Under the pieces are notes generated by a model. The model did no database searches and was not told the origin of the DNA. It saw only the letters and a list, made by a program, of their open reading frames with translations. Of a stretch of DNA of 18,519 nucleotides, positions 9,601 through 15,500 are shown in pieces. Origin of the DNA: SAR202 cluster bacterium (GTDB lineage: Bacteria > Chloroflexota > Dehalococcoidia > Lucifugimonadales > UBA1123); NCBI GenBank assembly GCA_030743915.1, contig JASLRP010000520.1, positions 1-18,519 on the forward strand, read 5' to 3'. Each line of letters starts with the position of its first letter. The stretch's first letter is position 1. The translations under genes were made by a program, and so were the position numbers.

Positions 9601-9779
9601 ACAAGCACGACAAGGACAACCCTGACTGCGACACCGGCTCCGGCTCCAATAGCGGTTCCGGTTCTGGCAGTGGATCGGGAACGGGTTCCAAGTCGAGCAA
9701 GGGCGGAGACGACTCCGGCTCTGGCACAGGCTCCAAGTCTTCCAAGGACAACAAGAAGAACAAGAGGAACAGGAAATAG
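3579..9779 (+). CDS. Giant secreted cell-surface/adhesin-like protein (2066 aa). Domain order: Sec signal peptide, bacterial Ig-like (Big) domain, 2x [jellyroll/LamG-like module + PKD domains], further PKD-like domains, a Cys-containing C-terminal module, then a Gly/Ser-linker polybasic tail
   Basis: GGAGG lies 9 nt upstream of ATG 3579. The N-terminus 'MSLKTISAFRHWKIIGVLLLLLTIGVFGVESSGVPVAHA|DD' has a hydrophobic core and an AHA cleavage motif. PKD signatures include 'INWGDSG...GTHTYADNGTYTVTVTVCDSD' and 'YAWDLDNNGSFETPG...HTVNVQVNDGDGG'. A Big-like segment reads 'GETHTLTATLTDDSGNPVSGVTVTFEVVGG...ATISYSS'. The tail is rich in D, T, S, G and N, with no internal stops over 6.2 kb. Confidence 0.9.
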   Translation: MSLKTISAFRHWKIIGVLLLLLTIGVFGVESSGVPVAHADDPTPNDIPHDPPPMASAIIDNGTVHIGVLDQGHLGVGVPYSSDPASIGAVGLRYVPIPASASTEPGCICEGWGVADAGTGQNAHADVAVGGVSGMTVDSFTSSGVSPSGAVGSVGTQAESVVTAFGRLRVTHDFHPTPLTPNLYEVDVTIENISTTDVTDLRYTRTMDWDIYPTYFDEYVTIQGVGSAANLLYADDNGFQDPNPLLTRSASNVGNMVDNGPDDHGAHFDFGFGPLPAGGTQTFRIYYGAAPTEAGANAALTAVGAEAYSFGQSNGGQVTGSPVTFIFAFSGVGGSVLIPPDLLLEPTADTNNVGETHTLTATLTDDSGNPVSGVTVTFEVVGGPNTGTLGTAVTNSSGVATISYSSTVTGTDAIVASFVDGDSNTQNSNGVTKEWVTPPNVAPTVSTPNSSVTVDEGDTANNNGSFSDPDAGDSVTISASVGTVTQSGSQSGTWSWSFNSTDGPAESQTVTITATDGSSAIGTTTFGLTVNNVAPNIDKGVVDLNTWTAENISSGSGVWTVDGSGNSVFQSVNGNPTFFYSDFSSLGSPLQGTIRVETTSDDDFIGFAIGFNPGDTANPSADYLLVDWKQYNQPDAWGYGAQGLAVSRVNGVGSNPDFWSHSGALTELARGITLGNTGWGDYQINEFQFDFTPTRLRVFVNGTLELDVTPTGPNFSDGRFAFFNFSQSSVRYSAIQSDSIAGVEASPVSFSKNFTDPGIPDTHTATINWGDSGTGGETVTSPSGSTPGTVSGTHTYADNGTYTVTVTVCDSDLDCDSDTFTATIANVDPTVDANGPYSVNEGSSVTLNATGFDVAGAADPLTYAWDLDNNGSFETPGQSAPFNGIDGPSTHTVNVQVNDGDGGTAVDSATVTVNNLDPVVTATGDTINEGDTATVSGTISDPGTPDSFTVVIDWGGSEGSDTLSLPAGSTSYSATHVYDDDDPTATLSDNYGISVTVTDDDGGIGSASATVTVNNVDPVIESGVVDLNSWTVENSSPGAGVWTVDGSGNSVFQSVNGNPTFFYSDFNALGSPLEGAIAVETGSDDDYIGFAIGFEPGDTSNPSADFLLVDWKQGDQSGALAGLAVSRVTGVPTGSDYWTHSGAITELARGITLGSTGWANYASNQFLFEFSPTRLRVFVNGTLELDVTPTGPNFSDGRFAFYNYSQYYVRYSAIQSDSISGNEASPVSFTKNFTDVGIPDTHTATILWGDTSSSAGTITEPSGSTPGTVSGTHTYADNGTYTVTVTVCDDDGGCDSDTFTATIANVDPTVDANGPYSVNEGSSVTLNATGFDVAGPADPLTYAWDLDNNGSFETPGQSVPFNGIDGPSTHTVNVQVNDGDGGIAVDTTTVTVNNVDPTIVTTFQVAPIPEASVSTSGNLVAQATDPAGSNDPLAFDFDCDNNGSYETPSNPSTSAADCYFDDNGSYTVGVRVTDGDGGQAIGSVIAVVTNVSPTAFIPNVGPVDEGSPAVITFEAEFDPSVADTTAGFHYSVACDGLASSLAGSYAAAGTSDSVNCVYGDNGTYTVMGRIFDKDDGSNDYSATVTVVNVDPVVTATGDTIDEAGTATVSGTITDPGFLDTFTVVIDWGPGEGSTTLSLGAGATTYSASHQYIDDDPTATLSDDYGISVTVTDDDGGVGTASTVVTVNNVDPELTLDLTGSLPFVGGDAFIGRKGVEQTHFADATDVGADDLTFDWTFAPDPTLDPETYLNGGSIPMSASDSASVTFAAPGIYTVEVDVTDDDGGSADALSQTKIVTDDCDCAKSKGFWKHQFKASTTGKGKQHIDDASLEIYLDIVEYVSSVFSEDVALAGIIEAHNVFDPPKSNNGGGTGTGSGSGSGSGSNEATNPSTTGSKKKKKGGDSGSGSDSDTGSGSDKKLEKKKQDALQQTLAAWLNFAKGGIDWDEDITIDGGTGTGSNSGSGTGSKPATPPVVMDFSDLIAEVEAILNNPLSTADDFEHAKDLAESVNKHDKDNPDCDTGSGSNSGSGSGSGSGTGSKSSKGGDDSGSGTGSKSSKDNKKNKRNRK
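5166..6614 (+). repeat. Intragenic tandem repeat unit A (~1.45 kb: jellyroll module + 2 PKD + 1 PKD-like 'VVTATGDT' module)
   Basis: Begins 'NNVAPNIDKGVVDLNTW'. Re-aligns with unit B at an offset of 1449 nt (first part) or 1437 nt (later part). The 140 nt at 6061-6200 differ from 7498-7637 at only 4 positions. Confidence 0.85.
6615..7760 (+). repeat. Intragenic tandem repeat unit B (jellyroll module + 2 PKD), which lacks the terminal PKD-like module of unit A
   Basis: Begins 'NNVDPVIESGVVDLNSW'. The PKD portion is ~97% identical to unit A at the nucleotide level, and the jellyroll portion roughly 80-85% identical. Confidence 0.85.
8344..8650 (+). repeat. Third, dispersed copy of the PKD-like 'NVDPVVTATGDTI(N/D)E...TVVIDWG...ISVTVTDDDGG' module, which also occurs at 6324-6614
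   Basis: GTGGACCCGGTCGTCACCGCGACTGGCGACACCAT is shared between 6327 and 8343, and the protein alignment is clear. Confidence 0.8.
9170..9760 (+). repeat. Coding microsatellite-like (GGC/TCC/GGA/TCT)n tracts encoding (GSGSGT)n linkers interleaved with K-rich and short helical segments
   Basis: At least five runs are visible, at 9191-9226, 9280-9324, 9430-9470, 9631-9690 and 9711-9734. The C-terminal tail reads '...SKDNKKNKRNRK*'. Confidence 0.8.
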
Positions 9780-9813
9780 TTCGCCCTGACAATCGGATAG
9801 GCATTTAGCGGGA

Positions 9814-9850
9814 GGGCCGGTCACAAATTGTGACCGGCCCTCTCTTTCTA
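9814..9850 (+). terminator. Rho-independent terminator of the giant gene
   Basis: GGGCCGGTCACA (9814-9825), loop AAT, TGTGACCGGCCC (9829-9840): a 12-bp perfect GC-rich stem, followed by TCTCTTTCTAT. Confidence 0.75.
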
Positions 9851-9914
9851 TATCATTGAGGGAACAGGAATCTTTGTCTCACTCATACAAGATTCCAGAT
9901 TGAAGGAGGAAGAC

Positions 9915-10904
9915 ATGGCATTGTTGCTGGACCGAAACACAATTGAAGGTCTCCTGGATATGGACAAGATGGTCGAAATACTAGAGCAGGCGTTTGGCGA
10001 GCTGGCATCTGGAAGCGCGGTGATGCCTCCTCGGACGGCGGTTGTCGATGCCGATGTCAACGGCTGGTATGCCTTCATGCCCGCCCAACTCAAGAGCATG
10101 GGAGCGTTGGGCGTCAAAGCGGTCACCGTTTACAAGGACAATGCGTCCAAGCACAGCTTGCCCGTTACGCTGGCGACTATCATCATGCTGGACGGCGACA
10201 CCGGCCAGGCTATTGCGGTCATGGATGGCGGATACATCACTGCCATGAGGACCGGCGCTGTTTCGGGACTCGCCACCAAACATCTGGCGCGCTCCAACTC
10301 TAAAGTCGCGGGGGTCCTGGGGACCGGAGTCCAGGCCCGCGCTCAGCTTTGGGGAATGGCCGCCGGAGCCAGCCTGGACCGACTGATGGTGTTCTCAATG
10401 GACCCGATGGACGCTCAGAAAGCCTTCGCTGACGATGTCGCCAAACTCACCGGACTGCCCGTTGATCTGGCATCCAGCGCCCAGGAGCTTGTGGAGAGCG
10501 TGGACATCCTCGCGACGGCCACCACAGCCATTAATCCCATTATCGACGGTGACTGGGTGAGACCTGGAACTCACATCAACGGCATCGGCTCCCACGCCCC
10601 CGGAGTCAGAGAGTTGGACACCAAGACGGTCGTGAAGTCCAAACTGGTGTGCGACCAGAAAGAAGCGTGCCTGGCCGAGGCCGGAGACATCCAGATACCC
10701 ATCGAGGAAGGCGCCCTCAGCCCCGATGATATCTACGGAGACCTGGGCGACGTGGTGGCCGGGACGATTCCGGGCAGGGAGAATGACGACGAGATCACGC
10801 TGTTCAAGAGCGTCGGCCTGTCCATCCAGGACATTTCAGCGTCCTACTACGTCTACAAGCAAGCGCTGGAGCAGGGAGCAGGCACCGAGTTCAGTTTCTC
10901 TTAA
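9915..10904 (+). CDS. Ornithine cyclodeaminase / mu-crystallin family NAD(P)-dependent enzyme (329 aa from ATG 9915)
   Basis: Rossmann loop 'GVLGTGVQARAQL'; family-typical C-terminal 'ITLFKSVGLSIQDISAS' (cf. 'TLFKSVG.A..D' of OCD, mu-crystallin and archaeal-type AlaDH). AGGAGG at 9904-9909 sits 5 nt before ATG 9915. The track's TTG at 9900 lies inside the RBS and is therefore unlikely to be the start. Confidence 0.8.
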   Translation: MALLLDRNTIEGLLDMDKMVEILEQAFGELASGSAVMPPRTAVVDADVNGWYAFMPAQLKSMGALGVKAVTVYKDNASKHSLPVTLATIIMLDGDTGQAIAVMDGGYITAMRTGAVSGLATKHLARSNSKVAGVLGTGVQARAQLWGMAAGASLDRLMVFSMDPMDAQKAFADDVAKLTGLPVDLASSAQELVESVDILATATTAINPIIDGDWVRPGTHINGIGSHAPGVRELDTKTVVKSKLVCDQKEACLAEAGDIQIPIEEGALSPDDIYGDLGDVVAGTIPGRENDDEITLFKSVGLSIQDISASYYVYKQALEQGAGTEFSFS

Positions 10905-10926
10905 TCAAGCCCTCAGCCAATGTGAC

Positions 10927-10967
10927 CCGCCATTCTGAATCCGCAGATGAAGAATCTGGCCGTCAGT
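10927..10967. repeat. Copy 2 of the 41-bp direct repeat (CCGCCATTCTGAATCCGCAGATGAAGAATCTGGCCGTCAGT), 22 nt after the OCD stop codon
   Basis: 36/41 identical to 599-639. Its 3' end forms the 5' arm of the hairpin at 10958-10988. Confidence 0.75.
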
Positions 10968-10988
10968 TACCGTGGTTCACTGACGGCC
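10958..10988. other. Perfect 10-bp stem hairpin (GGCCGTCAGT, 11-nt loop, ACTGACGGCC) with no T-tract; it is built partly from repeat copy 2
   Basis: The inverted repeat was read directly from the sequence. Confidence 0.6.
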
Positions 10989-11007
10989 ATTTCCACGAAA
11001 ACAGAAA

Positions 11008-11062
11008 CTCCCCGAGACCTCTGGAGGATAATCTCGGGGAGTCAGTTTCGTTCCCGTTTGTG
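11008..11062. terminator. Bidirectional rho-independent terminator between the convergent OCD-family gene (+) and the pilin-like gene (-)
   Basis: CTCCCCGAG (11008-11016), 16-nt loop, CTCGGGGAG (11033-11041). On the + strand it is followed by TCAGTTTCGTTCCCGTTTGT. On the - strand the hairpin is followed by TTTCTGTTTTCG. Confidence 0.65.
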
Positions 11063-11066
11063 ATGT

Positions 11067-11101
11067 GCCCGGTCTCAGGTATTCATTCACTGAGACCGGG
11101 C
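11067..11101. other. Third hairpin (GCCCGGTCTCA, 13-nt loop, TGAGACCGGGC; 11-bp perfect stem), 23 nt after the pilin-like gene's stop on the - strand; possible additional or processing terminator
   Basis: The inverted repeat was read directly. No clear T-run follows on either strand. Confidence 0.5.
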
Positions 11102-11123
11102 GCTCATGCTTTCTGAATCGCTC

Positions 11124-12200
11124 TTAGTTGAGGTTCATTACGGTGTCGATGATGTCAGGCATGACTCGCTCGATCACTACCGTGCCGCCGTCCTCAGGTC
11201 GGACTTCCAGGTCCCACTTCACATCGCCAATCACCGGGTAGGTGTTCGACAGAGCTGTGAGGCTCACGGTCAGTTCCGCTTTCTCGCCAGCTTCCAGCAG
11301 GTCGTCGCTGTCGTTGGCTCCGATGAAGGTCTTGGACCAGTACACGTCCTTGATGACCTGGTTCTTGTCCGTGTAGGTCAGGATCATGGTGTGGCCACTG
11401 TCGGAGTCGGAGTTGCCATCGGCGTCGGCATCAGAAGGCTCAGAGACGTCGATGGGCTCGCCTTCCAGTGTGTTAGTGATGGTGACCAGCAGAGAGGTCG
11501 CCTGGCCCTGCGCAACCACTTCGTCCACGTTCAGAGTTATGGCGCCATCGTCTGTTACCAGATCAATGCCCACGCACTTGACCGCAGTCATGTCGGAGTT
11601 ATCAGTGATTGCCAGCGTGACCAGTTTCCATGTGTTGGCGACCAGCACAGGCAGGTCGATGTCTTCTAATGAGCTTCCGCAGGCCGCTGTGTCGTCGAGT
11701 CGTAGCTGCAGATCGCCTGCGGCGGTGGTCGTGCCGTACTTGACCCAGAGACTCACCGAGTCGATGCTGGACAGGTCCACGGTGGCGGACAGGTCCGAGT
11801 ATGCGACCAGCCCGGTGGTGAAGTCGGCATCAATGGCCATGTCGGCGCTGCCGGTGCCTTGTTTCTTGTCGGTTGTGTCTGCTGTCACAGTCGTGCTGGC
11901 AGAGCCGGTCCATGCGGAGTCGGCCAGGGAGAGGGTCTTGTTGCTGACGCCGTTGGCGACAACGCCACCCTTGAGTGCCAGGGAGCTTCTCGCGCCCTTC
12001 AGGCCTGCGTGGATCGTCTCTTTGCCGCGCTCGGCAGAGAAGATGCCCGTGGACAGGACCGTGAAGGCGAACACGGACGCTACGACCACGAACGCAATCA
12101 GGATGATGGCGGTCTCAAGACCGGTGACTCCCCGTTCCTGCTTTAGTGTCCTGCTCGCGTCAGCCAGAGGCTGGAAGCGGAACCCTTTCAAAAGTTTCAT
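11124..12200 (-). CDS. Class-III signal peptide protein with an archaellin-like (archaeal flagellin N-terminal) / type IV pilin-like N-terminus and a ~300-aa Ser/Thr/Asp-rich C-terminal domain (358 aa from ATG 12198-12200)
   Basis: 'MKLLKGFRFQPLADASRTLKQERG|VTGLETAIILIAFVVVASVFAFTVLSTGIFSAERGKE' carries a charged leader ending in G, Glu at +5, and a ~22-aa hydrophobic helix. It resembles the archaellin consensus (...GIGTLIVFIAMVLVAAVAA..VLINTSGFLQQKA..GKE..). GGAGGAGGG lies 8 nt upstream of this ATG. The 71-codon extension to 12413 in the track has no RBS and is Cys- and Pro-rich junk. Confidence 0.65.
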   Translation of the reverse strand: MKLLKGFRFQPLADASRTLKQERGVTGLETAIILIAFVVVASVFAFTVLSTGIFSAERGKETIHAGLKGARSSLALKGGVVANGVSNKTLSLADSAWTGSASTTVTADTTDKKQGTGSADMAIDADFTTGLVAYSDLSATVDLSSIDSVSLWVKYGTTTAAGDLQLRLDDTAACGSSLEDIDLPVLVANTWKLVTLAITDNSDMTAVKCVGIDLVTDDGAITLNVDEVVAQGQATSLLVTITNTLEGEPIDVSEPSDADADGNSDSDSGHTMILTYTDKNQVIKDVYWSKTFIGANDSDDLLEAGEKAELTVSLTALSNTYPVIGDVKWDLEVRPEDGGTVVIERVMPDIIDTVMNLN

Positions 12201-12288
12201 TGTGTGTGCCCTCCTCCGCGGATTCGTTTCCCTTTGAGATTCATTGACTTGAAATCTACGATACCGCTGTGGAGGAAAAATCAACATT

Positions 12289-12348
12289 GGGCAAGCACAC
12301 AAAGTGAAGGAAGGCAGGGACGCAATATTGATTGCGGGCAAGCACACA
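12289..12348. promoter_or_regulatory. Candidate regulatory architecture upstream of the pilin-like gene: direct repeat GGGCAAGCACACA (12289-12301 and 12336-12348) flanking the inverted repeat CGCAAT-N4-ATTGCG (12321-12336)
   Basis: The exact 13-nt direct repeat is spaced 47 nt apart, with a palindrome between the copies, 90-150 nt upstream of ATG 12200. Confidence 0.35.
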
Positions 12349-12599
12349 CCAACATTCACACGGAAGATGCTCATATCCGCCGGCCCCATCAGCGCTAGCG
12401 CCCAGGTAATCACACGGATGCAATTTGGAGGGCCACACGTGCCGAAGGTGTCGGCTAGGTGTCAGTTTTGGTGTAGATTAGAGCAGAAACGTCAATTGCT
12501 GACGCATGTACTGTAGCCGACTCTGGCCTAACGATTCCGAAAAACCAGTTATGAAGTTGTCCATATTTCTGACAATCTCCGTACATGGTCCATACTATG

Positions 12600-15500
12600 C
12601 TATCCACCCCAGTCAGGGAACATGTCATGGGCCGGGTTGTTGGAGATGTTTTGTTGTTCGGAACCATCGGCATTCATCACGTATATTTCGCGATTGCCGT
12701 CTCTGTCAGTCCAAAAAGTAATCATCGTGCCATCTGGGGACCAGTCAGGAGACGAATCTCTTCCTGAGTGATTTGTGAGATTCATTTGGGCCGAGCCGTC
12801 AACGTTCATCACGTAGATTTCTTCGTTGCCGTCTCGATCTGACTTGAAAGCGACCTTGCTCCCATCAGGTGAGAAGACGGGTTCGTCATCAATCCGCGAA
12901 CTGAACGTAATCCGAGTGGGGTTTGATCCATCGGCATTCATGATCCAAATCTGACCATCTGGAATGCCTCTATTCGACAAGTAAGCGATTTTCGCACCGT
13001 CAGGTGACCAACTAGGAACAGAGTCAACGCTGGAATTGTTTGTTAAGTTGGTCTCTCCAGATCCATCTGCGTTTATCACGTAGATTTCATTGTTGCGAGT
13101 AAATGCAACCTTAGAGCAGTCTGGTGACCATGCAGCGTGATCGGCCCCTACAGAACTGGCAACTAACAATGTCTTGTCTGAGCTGTCGGCGTTGATCGTA
13201 TATAGGCCTGTGCCTGGAACGGTAGATGAGTAGACAATTTTCTGGCTACTCCAGCACCAATCAGGTTGTGTGTTGGATGCAATTAGGTTAGTAACGTTGA
13301 CGACGCTAGAGCCGTCAGGGCTCATAGTGAAGATTTCATGGTTTGAAGTTCTGATTGACTGAAACGCGATTTTGCTAGCAGGTGCGGATTCAGTTGTAGG
13401 GCAAGTACTTGTTTGCGATGTTCCACCATCATTGAATGCTACCAACCTGTAACAGTACTGCGTCGACGCATTCAACCCTGCGTCCGTGTATGTCGTTGTG
13501 TTTGCAGGCAACGCCTTTGTCTGTGAGAACGTCCCGCTTGTGCCTATCGCCCTCTCTAGCTTGTATCCGTCTTCGTTTGTCGCATTGTCCGTCCATGTCA
13601 GGTTGATGCTGTCTGATGTGCTCACGCCCAAGAAATTCGTCGCTGCCGCTGGAATCGGTATCGGTGTTGGAGTGGGTGTCGATGCAGGTTCCGTCGTCGG
13701 ACACGTGCTTACTTCAGATGTCCCGCCATCGTTAAACGCGACCAATTTATAGCAATACTGGGTCGATGGTTCCAGGCTAGAATCCGTGTAGGTTGTCGTG
13801 TTCACCGACAATGCTTTTATCTGTGAGAATGTTCCACTTTGGCCGGTCGCCCTCTCAAGTTTGTATCCATCTTCGTTTGTCGCGTTATCTGTCCAGGTCA
13901 GATTGATGCTGTTTGATGTGCTCACGCCCAAGAAATTGGTCGCCGCCGCCGGCGTCGGGATCGGTGTGTGAGTTGGAGTGGGTCCGGGTTCCGTAGTTGG
14001 ACATGTGTTTACTTCAGATGTTCCACCATCATTGAACGCCACCAATTTATAGCAATACTGAGTCGATTCGTTTAATCCAGTGTCAGTGTAGGTGGTCGTG
14101 TCCGCCGACAACGCAGTTGTAGTGATCAGAGAGAACGATCCGCTTTGACCGACTGCTCTCTCAATTTTGTACCCGTCTTCATTTGTCGCGTTGTCCGTCC
14201 AAGTCAAATTGATACTGTCTGAAGTGCTTACCCCCAAGAAGTTGGTCGCAGCCGACGGCGTCGGGATCGGTGTATGAGTTGGAGTGAGTGTAATAGTTGG
14301 TGTCGGAGTGTCAGTAGGCACAACCGTTGTTCCGACAGGGATAGTCGTCGGTGTAGGCATAACAGTAGGAGTCAACGTCGGAGTGAGTGTAGGCGTGGGC
14401 GTCGTCGTGACCAATCTCGGGCTAGCCACAAATATGTTATCTGTTTCGTTGCTCTCGGCAATGCGATTGCCAACGTCCACGATCAATTCGATTGTGTGTG
14501 GTCCTGCTGAGATTATGGATATCTCCTCGTTAATCATACTGGCGATGCCATTGGAATCCAGACTGTTCACTGGGAAGGTTACAATAACCTCGCCATCAAG
14601 AGATATTCCGACGAGGAAAGGCTGCGTTATTGCCTGGTGAGACTCGTTCTTGACAGCCCAATGCACGAATATCTGAGACCCAAATACGAACTGGCTGCCA
14701 CCCGGTGGTGGTGTGTCCTGGAATGAACTGGGCCGATCGGAGACGACCAAAGCCGCATCCCATCGGTCTGGTTTGAACGGTATCAAGTTGATTGGCGCTG
14801 GCGTGGGAGTGACTGACGGCGTTTCGCCGGGCCGCAATGTCGCAGTCGGGCTGGGAGTTGGCGACGGCGTGTTGGTGATAATCGGCGCCAAAGTCGGCGT
14901 GACCGTAGGTGTCTGGGTCACAGTCGGAGTCACGGTCGGTGTTGTAGTCAAGGTCGCGGTCACGGTCGGTGTGACGGTGACCGTTCTTGTCGGAGTTACA
15001 GTTGATGTTATTGTCGGTGTTGTAGTCAAGGTCGGGGTCACGCTGGGCGTTACGAGAGCCGTTGGTGTCAGAGTAAAGGTCGCGGCTTCTATAGGCGTCG
15101 GAGACAAAGTCGCGGTGGGCGTGGGTGTTGGCGTTGCTTCGTTTCTCGAAGTCAGCGCGAAGACGCTGAGACTTCCCACAAGAGCGCTAGCTGTTTTGTT
15201 ATCAGGACCAACGGAGGTCTTCAACGCTACCCACTTCTGGGTATCAGTTTCAAAATGTTGAATCACCAGATTTGCGGTGTAACTTCCCGAATTGCGAATA
15301 CCTGCTTCATTGAGTGTAATTGTCACGGTGATGTTCCTCTCGAATTCGTAGTTTCCACCTTCAGGTTGCTGTGCGCTCACAACCTGAAGGTCAAATGCTT
15401 TCCCGAGAATGGAAAATCCAGAAAGAAAGTTAGCATAGTTCTGGGGTTCGACAGGCCGATACCAGAGGGTGATTGGTTCACCGGTCGAACCAACTGGCAC

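Noticed and set aside
3900-9830. Numerous 60-235-aa ORFs on both strands inside the giant gene (e.g. 7818-8525 -, 9071-9763 -, 8920-9426 +)
   Set aside because: They are all alternative-frame or antisense readings of a continuous 6.2-kb ORF with clear domain signatures. Their compositions (Arg/Pro/Ser-rich, or PEPEPE reading as the mirror of GSGSGS) are artefacts of GC-rich repetitive coding DNA.
10922-11116. 64-aa + ORF spanning the repeat copy and all three terminator hairpins
   Set aside because: It is a GTG-initiated frame running through three perfect hairpins in a convergent intergenic region. Its only notable feature is the 13-aa stretch shared with the frame after the LLM stop, which is discussed under the direct-repeat finding and is not called as a gene.
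11386-12237. 283-aa + ORF antisense to the pilin-like gene
   Set aside because: It is a Ser/Thr/Ala-rich mirror of the Ser/Thr/Asp-rich pilin C-domain. It has no RBS and would run convergently through the terminators.
12201-12413. 71-codon N-terminal extension of the pilin-like ORF (track start 12413)
   Set aside because: The extension has no SD sequence and is Cys- and Pro-rich. It would also place the class III signal peptide internally. The internal ATG at 12198-12200 has a strong GGAGGAGGG RBS and gives a canonical prepilin-type leader.
13400-15140. Possible CRISPR array or non-coding tandem repeats (3 x 303 bp, PT-linker repeats)
   Set aside because: The repeats are long (303 bp), in-frame and only 80-85% identical. 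They encode FN3 domains and PT linkers inside one uninterrupted ORF. There is no short identical-repeat/unique-spacer structure, so this is not CRISPR.
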